A stretch of 64,000 bases of DNA from Pelagomonas calceolata (Eukaryota). The stretch covers positions 372,001 through 436,000 of the forward strand of contig CAKKNE010000002.1 of the NCBI GenBank assembly GCA_918797485.1, written 5' to 3'. The first letter of the stretch is position 1, and every line of letters begins with the position of its first letter. Below the pieces are notes generated by a model. That model was not told where the DNA came from. It saw nothing but the letters and a program-made list of their open reading frames with translations, and searched no databases. The translations under genes and the position numbers were made by a program. This document shows positions 38,605-48,836 of this stretch, piece after piece.

Positions 38605-40188
38605 CTAGCCGCTCACCCAAGCAAAGGAGTCGGTGAAGGACGGCGCGCGTCTGAGGCCGGGCCGCGCGTGCCTGCAGTCCGGGTCCATGCTCCAGACCAG
38701 TTCCGAGATGGACACCTCGGGCGCGACGGCGTGCAGGGACTTTGATGGGGGCAGGATGATCGCCCCGAACTGCAGCGCCGCACTATCCAAGTTCATCTTC
38801 GTATCATATAACGCCTTCATCACGAGGCGGCTCGCGTCGCGGTCGGCGAAGGCCTGGATCTCGAGCAAGCCTTCCAAGTCCTCGAGCGCGGCGTGGTTCT
38901 TCTGGCAGATGGCCAGCATGGCATCCAGAGCGCGCCTATCTTTAAGACAGAAGACCGTCACGCGGCACGCGACGCGGTCGCCGGCCGGCACGGCCTTGCC
39001 CACAACTTCAAAAGCGAAGCCGCCCTGGACGATCGTGTCCGGCGCGCCGCTCAGGAAGTCCTTTAACACAAAAAGGATGAGCGCCCTTTTTGCCGCGTGT
39101 GTGGACGGCCCGCTTACATATTGACTCCGGCCCTTCGTCGTGACGGCCGCTTGGGAAGGCGACCAGCGCGCATGGGTTAAAAGGCGCGCGTTCGACACGG
39201 CGAGGACCTGGAGGTCCACCAAGCCCGGGAAGCTCCGCAGCGGCGCCGTCACGGCCTCCATCTTATCCACGATGGCCTCGGGCCGCACGCCCGGCCGCAG
39301 GGGGATGTACGAGATGCGCTGGATCTCGTCGGCGCGCGCCGACGACGCGCGCCCCAAACCGTGCGCGTCGCCCAGCAGCGCCCGCGGCAGGAACGCGTCG
39401 TCGTCGGCCGGGTCATCCACAGCATCCGCCGGGCCCAGCAGCACGCGCAACAAATCCACGACGACGCCGCGCCAGACCGGCGTCGCCGCGCCCTCGACGC
39501 ACGCGTCCACGACGGCGTCGAGCGGCCGCCGCGCCAGCGCCGCGACCGCCGCCGCGCACCGGCCCTCCACGCCGCGCGCCGCGAGCCGCCGCGCCACGCG
39601 CGCCTGGACCAGCGCCACCGCCGCGACGCCCGCCCCCGCGTAGAGCGCCAGCAGCCCGCGGCCCGGCGCCTTCGTCACGACCTGGGCCATGGCGTCGCCG
39701 AGCGTCCGCTGCGCGCCGCAGTCCCTGACCAATTCCCGCGTCGCGAGCTCGAGGGGGTAGCGCACGGCGAACGACACGCCCACGGAGAAGACGACGCGCG
39801 CCCGCGAGTAGCGCTCGCCGAGCACGCGTCTCGCGAGCAGCTTGGCGGCCTGGTCGAGCCCGAACTGCGCCGCGCCGCCCCAGGCCGCGCTCTGCGCGAT
39901 GGCGCGTAGCCCGGCGCCGTCGACGCGCGTCAGGCAGCTCGCGCAGTCGAGCGTCGGCTCGAACTTGCGGCGCCACACCACGAGCGACTCGACGGCCGCG
40001 ACGACGGCGCTGCGCACGCCCTGGGCCGTCGCGCGCAACGCTAATGCTGTTCCGGGCCGCTTTGAGTCCTCGAGTTTTCTAGCCGCTCTGCGTATAGCGT
40101 GGGCGGCCGCGGCGGCGCCGACGAAGCCCACGGCCACGAAGCAGGCGTCCTTGGCTGCCGTGCGTTGGGGGGGTGTGAGGGAGCGCAT
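38605..40188 (-). CDS. Hypothetical protein: mitochondrial-carrier-like N-terminal part plus two ABM/ferredoxin-like domains
   Basis: RYPLE, GLLALYAG and RPLDAV carrier-like motifs. Two C-terminal repeats SFPGLVDLQV / DLEGLLEIQA. Confidence 0.55.
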   Translation of the reverse strand: MRSLTPPQRTAAKDACFVAVGFVGAAAAAHAIRRAARKLEDSKRPGTALALRATAQGVRSAVVAAVESLVVWRRKFEPTLDCASCLTRVDGAGLRAIAQSAAWGGAAQFGLDQAAKLLARRVLGERYSRARVVFSVGVSFAVRYPLELATRELVRDCGAQRTLGDAMAQVVTKAPGRGLLALYAGAGVAAVALVQARVARRLAARGVEGRCAAAVAALARRPLDAVVDACVEGAATPVWRGVVVDLLRVLLGPADAVDDPADDDAFLPRALLGDAHGLGRASSARADEIQRISYIPLRPGVRPEAIVDKMEAVTAPLRSFPGLVDLQVLAVSNARLLTHARWSPSQAAVTTKGRSQYVSGPSTHAAKRALILFVLKDFLSGAPDTIVQGGFAFEVVGKAVPAGDRVACRVTVFCLKDRRALDAMLAICQKNHAALEDLEGLLEIQAFADRDASRLVMKALYDTKMNLDSAALQFGAIILPPSKSLHAVAPEVSISELVWSMDPDCRHARPGLRRAPSFTDSFAWVSG

Positions 40189-40530
40189 TTTTTTAGTGCT
40201 GCTTTATTTTTGTGTCTCGGTATAGCTCCCTCGGCGCGCTGGCCGGGTTTGACGTCACCGCAACCCAAAGCTTCTGTGGACGCTCCTTTGTGCTGGGTTA
40301 TGTATCGCACAGCTAATGCAGTTCCCGAAAGCTGTCACAGGCTACTTCGCGGCCTCAGTGCCGGCTTGACGTGTGCGTGCAATTTTTCCATTTGCAAATC
40401 CACTAAACGGGTTTTAGAGGTTCAGGACTCTTGCCCCCTCTCTCTTTTTACTCGATGTATGCTGCTACAAAACTCTCTCTTCTTTGTGGTTCTACTCAAT
40501 GTATACACACCAACAAAACTTATAGACAAT

Positions 40531-42209
40531 TCACAAATCCAACCAGCTCACCCATCGCCCGCCGTGGAGTCGAGGGTCAGCCGCCGGATCACCGGGCGTC
40601 TCGAGGACGCGCGACGGCGCCGAGTCGATCTCCGCGTCGAAGAGCAACGCGCGGAGCGCGGCGAGGACGGCGGGATGGCTATTTCCGACGTCCACGCGCT
40701 CGGTCGGGTCTTTGTCCAGATCGAAGAGGCACTCGACGCCCGGGCCGACGCAAGGTGGATCCTCGTCCTCGTCGTCGTCGGGCCAGCCGACGTGTTGCAC
40801 GTCCGAGTAGAGGCAGCCGCCGTTCAGGACGTACTTGTATTGGCCGCGGACGGCCGCGCCGCAGCGGGCCGCTTTGTCGTAGAACAGCACAAGGTCTTCG
40901 TTGGACGGCCGCTCCCAGTCCGACCGCACGTCGCGCCCGTCGAGGCCGCGGACCGTCGCCCCGACGAGACCCAGTAGCGTCGGGCCGACGTCGACGATGC
41001 GCGTGACAGCGTTCGTTTCGCCTGGCGCCACGATGCCCGGTGCATAAATGAACGACGGCGTCCGGATGCCCCCTTCGAAGACGGTGCGCTTGGCGCCTCG
41101 GAACGGGAACGCCGAGGCCCCAGTCCCCGCCTCGGGCCCGTTGTCGCCCAGAAACCAGAAGACGAGGGGCCTTTTTCTCGCCTCGAACGCTTCAAAAACG
41201 GCGCCGACCTGCTCGTCCAGCGCCGCGACAAGCGCGGCGACGTCCGACCGGGCGTCGCCGCCGTCGAAGCCCATGCGCCGTGCCGCGGCGACGTGGCGCT
41301 GCGGCGTGCCGTCGACAAAGTGCGCGTGCGGCGTCTGGGCAGCGTAGTAGAGGTAGAGCGGCCGCTCGCCGTCGGCGGCGCCGACGACGGTCCGGGCCTC
41401 GTTCGCGAAGAGCTCCGCCGAGTGCACGCCGTCCGTGGCGGGGGACCGGTCTAGAGGAGCGTCGTTACGCCAGAGGTCGTGGCCGGGCGCCTCCAGCGCA
41501 AACGCCCGCCGCCGCCCGAGCGCGATGGAGCCCTCGAGCCACTCGCCGCTCTCGTGGCGCGTGTAGTCTTGCGCGCCGAGACCTGGGTGCAAAATCGACG
41601 CGTCGGTCGCGGCGATGGCGTGAAATGTGATTCGTGCGCCGCGCCTCGACAGTAGCCGAAGAAGGAGTCGAAGCCCCGGTTCGCCGGCAGCCATGCCCGC
41701 CGCGCAAAGCCCAGGTGCCACTTGCCGATCATGTGCGTAGCGTAGCCCCGCGCCCGGAAGCGCTCGCCGAGCGTCACCTCGCGCTCGTCGAGGCCCGTCG
41801 GCTGATTGGCTAGCAAGACAAAGAATGCGAGCCCCGTTTTATGCGCGTGGCGGCCGGTCATGAGCGCCGCCCGCGCCGGCGTGCACATGGGCGCCCCATA
41901 AAACCGCGTCAGCCTCAAGCTCTTGCGCGCGAGCTTGTCGATAGTCGGCGTCGCGAACGCGCGCGGTCCGCCAGAATGCATGTAGCCGACGTCGGCCGCG
42001 CCCAGGTCGTCGGCCACGAACACTACGACGTCCGGTCGTTTCGCGCTTGTGTTGGCTGTGGTGGTCCATTGCGGTCGCAGCAGCGTGGCACCCAGCGCTA
42101 TGGCGGCTAGGACAGCGAACAGGTGGGTCCAGCGCGGTGATGGCGTGCTTGCCGCATTTGTTTGATTATTGGTAGTGCTGGTTTTTGTAATCGTTGTGGT
42201 GGATGACAT
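40531..42209 (-). CDS. Arylsulfatase B-like sulfatase, type II membrane anchor, 2 exons
   Basis: VFVADDLG, CTPARAALMTGR (formylglycine motif), GKWHLG, GFDSFFGY, GDNG, FEGGIR and LFDLDKDPTE. GT-AG intron 41583-41650 joins the two ORFs in frame. Confidence 0.93.
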
Positions 42210-42246
42210 GGCCTCCGACGCTTTTTTGCTGTGGCTCTCGCATCGA

Positions 42247-42268
42247 GCTAGCAGCCTGAGACACTAGC
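42247..42268 (-). promoter_or_regulatory. GCTAG dyad motif copy
   Basis: Reverse complement GCTAGTGTCTCAGGCTGCTAGC, 38 bp before the sulfatase ATG. Confidence 0.6.
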
Positions 42269-43217
42269 AACACTCAGGAACATTACCGCCCAAGTCGCCC
42301 CCCCCCGCTCCACTAATACAGCTCCTCCGCCCGTACCTCGTGCTGGACGCCGCCATAGTCGAACCGGATGGTGAACTCGCCCGGCGCGACTTCGGCCTCG
42401 ACGACGCCCTTGAGCCCCTACCGAAGACTCGCCGGCGCCGCGCGAAATTGCCCATGGTGAGTGTTTCCAGTCTCTGACAGCCTTTGGCGTCTCGTACGCT
42501 CGAAACTCGCTTTAGAGATATAACCGTAACGGCCTCTCAAGCGTGCTAGCTATAACTCTAACCTCTCCCGAGAGATTTTTGCGGAGAGCTCGAAAAACCC
42601 GTGCATCCAGTCAGTCTCTCATTCTGCCTCCGGAGTAGTGACAAGGTCCCCCTAGTGGTGGCACGCCCCACGTTAGAAGTACCCAATCTTCTTGCATTCA
42701 CGTGCCCTTAGCTAAAAATCGTCGGCGTTCTAACCATGATTTTACCATCGCCTCCCCATCCCATCCTATCCGAAATTTGGAAATCCCACGGAACAGGTGA
42801 GCTTTCGCTCGTTTCGACATCTATCACATCCAATCTCCCTACTGGCATGCTACGCTGAGCAACGGCCACCGTCAACATATCGAGTAGTTGATGTCACGAG
42901 CCTACCGCCGTGCAGCAATTGTTCCGACGATTCGAATGCGAGTCCCGCCGTGGTGGGAGTATTTTTTGCGGTGATCAATCCCCATGAACCCGGCCGACAC
43001 GCGCTGCATAGCACGACTACGCGTTGTATGGAACGATGCGTCGTTCAGCTCCTTCGACGCCCGAACTTTTCTGATTGTACCTGCCGGGCCTAGATGCAGT
43101 AAAAGCGCTATCTCATGAGGATGGGCGATCCATAAAACGCCCGCAACGGCACAGTGTCACGCTGTTCGTCTCGTCGCGCAGAGCTAGAGTAACGACGGTT
43201 CGCAGCCGCGGCGCCGC

Positions 43218-43762
43218 CTCGGCGCGCCCCGGACTTGTACGTCTCCCGAGGCGCCTTCGGCGCCCGGGAGCCATAGAATACCGCCTCCTACCCCGCGCCT
43301 AGCCCCCGTCCCCCGGAGTTCCATACGCAGCCCCGTCACATAGCCTCGCTTCGCGTCGCTATTTCCAGAACCAAGGTCTTGCCGCTATACTCTGGTGAGG
43401 GCTCGCTCCGATTGAGAACCGCCCCATCGCATTGCCGCTCTACAAAATAGGACCGTACTAGAGCCGACGCGGGCAAATTTTGGGCTTCTCGCCCCCACGA
43501 ATTCCAAGCCTTTCGAGGTCTCGACGAGATGCGGTTCGGTTTAGAGTAGATGCGTCGAAGCCATTAATCGCAGATCGCCGGAAGGCCTCCCAGACGCGAA
43601 ATAGAAGAGACGGGCAGCCTCCATAGCCATCTTTGGCCACGCTCCGGCGCCCCCCGGACTTGTACGTCTCCGGGGGCGCCTTCGGCGCCCGGGAGCCATA
43701 GAATACCGCCTCCTAGCCCGCGCATAGCCCCCGTCCCCCGGATTTCCATACGCAGCCCCGTC
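43218..43762. repeat. Pair of ~120-bp direct repeats about 300 bp apart in a gene-poor region
   Basis: CCCCGGACTTGTACGTCTCC...GGCGCCTTCGGCGCCCGGGAGCCATAGAATACCGCCTCCTA...CCATACGCAGCCCCGTCA occurs at about 43218-43339 and 43642-43763. Confidence 0.9.
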
Positions 43763-44474
43763 ATCCGGGCGAAAATCGTGGGCATGGGTGTGTCGCTCGT
43801 CGTGGCGGCCGCGGCGCGGCGCGCGTTCGAGAGGTGCGTTTTGGATAAGTGAGTCTGTGTTGTAGATCTGTGTTGTTATTAGGCTAGCCTCGGGCCCGGC
43901 GCGCCGCCGTCTTGACTCGCCGGCGAAGGCGAGGGCGAGTTCTCGTGCGGGGAGTCCGGGTAGGCGGCACGTCGCGTCGATGGCGTCGGGAGCGGATACC
44001 TGGCCCCGTATGTAGATCAAGTCGCAGGGCCAAATGCGTCCAGCAATTCCTCGTCCTTCCGCCGTCGGCGTCGCGACAGCCTAGCCTCAAATCGAGCCGC
44101 CGCCACGTCGAAACGACGCGCACCAACGAACTGCGCCGACGCGGAAAGCACCGACCCGGAGACGACCTCTGAAGGCAGCTCGAGTCAGGCACTGCTACAA
44201 GCCGTCGGCACCAGCGCGACGGACACCACCGACGACGCGTGTCGACGCATCCGTGCGTGCAAGACGTTTGCGGCGCCGTTGCGTGCGCTGCGCCACTTCT
44301 TCTGCGCCGCGAGGACCCGGCACTTGTAGAAATCGTGTGGAGCAACGCCGCCGCCAGCGCGTCGCAACGCAGACGTGCCGGCTGGTGCTGGGCGATGTAG
44401 TGGTTGACATGACTGGCAACCAGAGCTGCACTAGCGAAGGTAATTCGACCGGTTTTGCTTGCCTGTGCGAGAGA

Positions 44475-44497
44475 GCTAGCGCATGTAAGGCACTAGC
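44475..44497 (-). promoter_or_regulatory. GCTAG dyad motif copy
   Basis: Reverse complement GCTAGTGCCTTACATGCGCTAGC, 298 bp before the nirB ATG (opposite orientation). Confidence 0.6.
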
Positions 44498-44794
44498 AAG
44501 CAGCAGAGAATCGACCCACGCGTATGAAGGCTCCCTCGCATTGCAGGAGGTATCCCTGGTTGCCGCAGAAACGGTAGCGACCCAACTCCTGGGCGTATAT
44601 GATCAAACCCTGCCCTGGATACGTGTTCGCATCGATTTTTTTGCGAAAGCCGTAGATAGCGAAAGCGGGCGCCGTGACTCGTGTCGTAGATGCGTCTTAG
44701 CCCAAGCCCAGTAAGGTTTCGACTTCGGGCAGCTCGTCAAATGACCTGCCTCGCGGAGGGAGGGCAATTTAACGTGAGACGGAACCCACGGATC

Positions 44795-47700
44795 ATGCAG
44801 GCTTTAACCTGTGCGCTGCTCGTAGCAGCGGCAAATGGCTTCTATAGCCCGCAGCAAAAAGCAAAGGTCGCGCCGCGCGCCCTAGCCCGCGCTGCCAAAG
44901 AAGGGCAAGCTGCAGCAGGTGAAAAGCAGCGCATCGTGCAGCGCAGCGTCGTCAAAACACGTCAACTACACCATGAATTGCGAATCTACGACGATAGCCA
45001 ACAGCGCGCGTAACGATTTCCGCCGAAACAAAACGCGCGCCGAACGCAGGTCGTCGTCGGCAATGGCATGGTCGGCCAGCGCCTCGTCGAGCTCTGCGCC
45101 GACAAGCTCGCGGAGCGGGGCGCCAGCGACGACGTGGACATCGTGAGCTTCTGCGAGGAGCGCCTCGCCGCCTATAATCGAGTTAGATTAACATCGTGGT
45201 TCGAGACGCGCGACGCCGACGACCTGAGTTTGGTGGGCTCCTACAAGGACGCGCCGCAGGGCGAGTGGTACGCGAGCGAGGAGCGGCCGAACTGCAAGGT
45301 ACGCGTCGGCGACCTCGCGACGGGCTTGGATGTGGACAAAAAGACCGTGGCCTGCGGCGACGAGCTGGTCTCCTACGACAAGTGCGTCCTCGCGACGGGC
45401 AGCTACCCCTTCGTGCCGCCTATCCCGGGCAAGGACCTGCCGGGCGTCTTCGTCTACCGGACGATCGACGACCTCGAGGCGCTCGTGGCCTACCAGAAGG
45501 CGCACGGTGCGCGCGCGGCGCGGAACCTTCTTCGCGGCGACGGCGCCGGGGCGAGAGCGGGCCGCGTCGAGGGACGAGAGGACAACACCGACGCCGCCGA
45601 GGCGAGAGAAGACCTCAACCACGCAAAAACGCAGGCGTCAAGTCCGCAGCCGTCATCGGCGGCGGCCTCCTCGGCTTGGAGGCGGCCAAGGCCATGCACG
45701 ATTTGGGCATGAAGACGCACATTCTGGAGTACGCGCCCATCCTCATGTGCCGCCAGATCGACCAGGGCGGCCACGACGCGCTCGTGGGCATGGTCGAGGA
45801 TCTGGGCTTGGAGGTGCACTGCGACGCCCGCACGAAGGCCTTCGAGGCCGATGCTGACGGTAGGGTCTCTCGTGTGACGTTCGAGACCGAGGGCTGGGAT
45901 GATCTAGATGTCGGCATCGTGGTGGTCAGTGCTGGAATAAGACCGCGCGACGAGGTCGCGCGCGACGCCGTCGAGTGTCATGAACGAGGCGGCGTTGTTG
46001 TTTCTGACACGTTACAAACCTCAGACAAGGACGTCTACGCGGTCGGCGAGGTGGCCTTACACGGCGGCATGATTTACGGCTTGGTCGCGCCGGGCTACGC
46101 CATGGCCGAGGTCGCGGCGGACCACCTCGTGGCGGATTTACTAGGTGAAGAGGCCTCTTCGACCTTCGAGGGCGCGGATCTAAGCACGAAGCTCAAGTTG
46201 CTCGGCTGCGACGTCGCCAATTTTGGGGAGGCGAGTGGCGATGAAGCTCTAGTCTGGGAGGACAAGCTGTCGCGGACCTACCGCAAGCTCTTCTTCTCCA
46301 AGACTGACGAGGGCTGGGTGTTGGCAGGAGGTATCTTAGTAGGTGATGCTGATGATTATGCGGAGTTGCTGGCATTATCCAAGTCTGGTTCGGTAGTCGA
46401 GGAGCCCGCCTCACTGTTAACACCACTTAAGATGAGAGGCGCCGGTGCACTGGAAGTCGACGACAGCGACCCGGCGAAACAAATCTGCTCGTGCAATGCC
46501 GTGTCGCGCGGCGACTTGGAGACCTTCATCCAGGCCACGGGCGAAGAAACGACCTACGCGGAGATCAAGAAGTGCACGAAGGCCGGTTCCGGCTGCGGCG
46601 GCTGCGAGCCGGACGTCAAGAAGATTTTGAAGGTCGAGCTCGAGAAGATGGGGGCCACGGTGAATAACAACCTGTGCGCGCACTTCGACTACTCGCGGCC
46701 GGAGCTCGTGGCGAAGATTCGCTTGGACGAGCAGAATTTTAAGAGTTTCGATGAAGTGCTGGCCGCGCACGGCCACGGCGACGGCTGCGAGATCTGCAAG
46801 CCGGCCGTTGCTTCGATTCTAGCGTCGCTGCACAACGAGAAAGTCTTGGAGGGAGATAGGGCGGCTCTCCAGGATACGAATGATAGGTCGCTGGCGAACA
46901 TGCAGCGCGGCGGCTCCTACTCTGTGGTACCTCGGGTGCCGGGCGGCGAGATTTTACCAGAACAACTCATCGTGCTAGGAGAGGTGGCCAAGAAGTACGA
47001 CCTCTACTCCAAGATCACCGGAGCGCAGCGCGTCGATCTATTTGGCGCGGCGAAGGCGGATCTGCCGTCCATCTGGGCCGACCTGGGCAAGGTCGGCTTC
47101 GAGTCCGGCCACGCCTACGGCAAGGCCCTGAGAACGGTCAAGAGTTGCGTCGGTTCGAGCTGGTGCCGGTACGGGGTCCAGAACTCGGTCGACTTTGCTA
47201 TTACGGTGGAGAACCGCTACAAGGGGTTACGATCCCCGCACAAGATGAAGTCCGCCGTGTCGGGCTGCACGCGCGAATGCGCGGAAGCCCAGTGCAAAGA
47301 TTTCGGAATGATAGCTACTGAACATGGCTACGATTTATATGTCGCGGGAAACGGTGGCATGAACCCGCGGCACGGTGCGTTGTTAGCGTCTGGTATTGAC
47401 GAGGCCACTACCTTAAAGTATATCGATCGTTTCCTGATGTACTACATCCTCACGGCCGAGCGGTTGGAGCGGACGGCGCCGTGGTTCGAGCGCTTAGCTT
47501 CCACAGACGAAGCTAGACTGAAAGCTCTCCAAGATGTCATCATCGACGACTCCCTGGGTATTTGCGACGAGCTCGACAAGCGCATGGAGCACCACCTCGC
47601 GACGTACCACGACGAGTGGGCGGAAGTCGTCAAGAACCCGGACAAGTTCGCCCACCTCTTCAAGCAGTTCGCGAACACCGACGAGGTCCAGCCGGCCGAC

Positions 47701-48225
47701 GAGATGATTGAATTTGTGGAGACGCGGGGCCAGCGCCGACCAGTGGACTGGCCCGCGGACGGCGAGGCCCAGACGAACTGGCGGCCGCCCTCTCTCAGTG
47801 TTTTCGAGCGGTCGGAGCACTCGTGGCAGGACTTCGGGCCCGCGGACGCGTTCCAGCCGAACCTAGGTACCGCGGTTTTATATGGCAAGACGCAGCTGGC
47901 CGTCTTCAAGCTCAAGGACGGGTCTGTGTTTGCCACGCAAAACATGTGCCCGCACAAGCAGGCGTTTGTCCTGGCGCAGGGCATCGCGTCGGACGGCGAG
48001 GTCCCGAAGGTCGCCTGCCCGCTGCACAAGAAGCAGTTCGACCTGTCGAGTGGCAAGGAGATCAACGGCGGCGACCTGGAGATCGTGACCTTCGAGGCCA
48101 AGGTCCAGGACGGCCGCATGATGCTCCACCTGCCGCCGCGCGACGAGGTCGACGCGGTCCTCGCGACGGACAAGCTGCGGGTGTGCTCGGAGGCGCCCGT
48201 CGAGGAGCCGGTCTTCTCGCGCTGA
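44795..48225 (+). CDS. nirB: NAD(P)H-dependent siroheme nitrite reductase, NirB fused to a NirD-like Rieske domain, plastid-targeted, 3 exons
   Basis: Introns 44936-45049 and 45507-45634 restore RIVVVGNGMVG and VKSAAVIGGGLLGLEAA. Motifs ICSCN...CTKAGSGCGGC, GCEICKP, VKSCVGSSWCRYG, SGCTRECAEAQ and Rieske CPHK...CPLH. Signal peptide ending ANG-F. Confidence 0.95.
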
Positions 48226-48276
48226 ATCACATCGTTATCCCTGTGTATCCCCCATCCTTCCCGTGGACATAATTCC

Positions 48277-48623
48277 CTTGATCGTTAACATAGCACAACA
48301 GTCGCCACGCCGTCGTCTCCATAAATAAGCGCGCCGTCGTCAGTCGCACAGCAGCCGCGGACGTCGCCCAGGACGACGTCCACGGTCGAGAGCAGCTCGA
48401 GTGTGGTCGAGGTGGTCGCCGTGGCGCGCAACCAACCACTCTCAAAATTGAGGTCCTCCGCGACGCGCCAGGCCGACACGACGCCGTCGCCGCGCGCGGC
48501 GACGACGACGAGCCCGTCGCGCGTGAAGGCCAGGCCGCGCACCGGCGCGCAGCCGTCTAGATTAATGACCTCGACGCGCGCCGACGACCGCCGGAACGAT
48601 ATTGTAGCGAGCGCGGCGTCGTC
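48277..48623 (-). pseudogene. Diverged duplicate of the last ~112 codons and stop of the WD40 gene
   Basis: Collinear without indels with 52559-52905 (offset 4282). The frame is open and ends ...GDDGVATVVLC*. Confidence 0.9.
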
Positions 48624-48836
48624 GGTAGCGCGCCGGAGGGACTGACTAAGTTGCGTCGTTTCACTAGTCTTGGGTGCAGTTTACGCACGGGCAGTTTTTA
48701 CTGGCGGAAACGGGCGAGTACTTCAGAGTCGTCGTCATCACACTGTCTTTGTATACACACGTTACCCTCTAACTCCTATTGAAGGCACAGATCCAGGAGC
48801 GGCTGCCTAGCGACACGGCCGCGCCGCGCGCTTGAG

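Noticed and set aside
42515..42570. TAACCGTAACGGCC...TATAACTCTAAC resembling an LSU rRNA homing-endonuclease site or telomeric seed
   Set aside because: The match is short and imperfect, with no surrounding rRNA similarity or tandem array.
43884..44431. Possible minus-strand gene downstream of the dyad motif at 44475
   Set aside because: Several short overlapping ORFs, but I could not build a consistent exon chain or find a motif. RNA-seq is needed.
45196..45634. N-terminus of the listed 1009-aa ORF as the start of nitrite reductase
   Set aside because: It is an off-frame read-through of exon 2 and intron 2. The real N-terminus comes from exons starting at 44795 and 45050.
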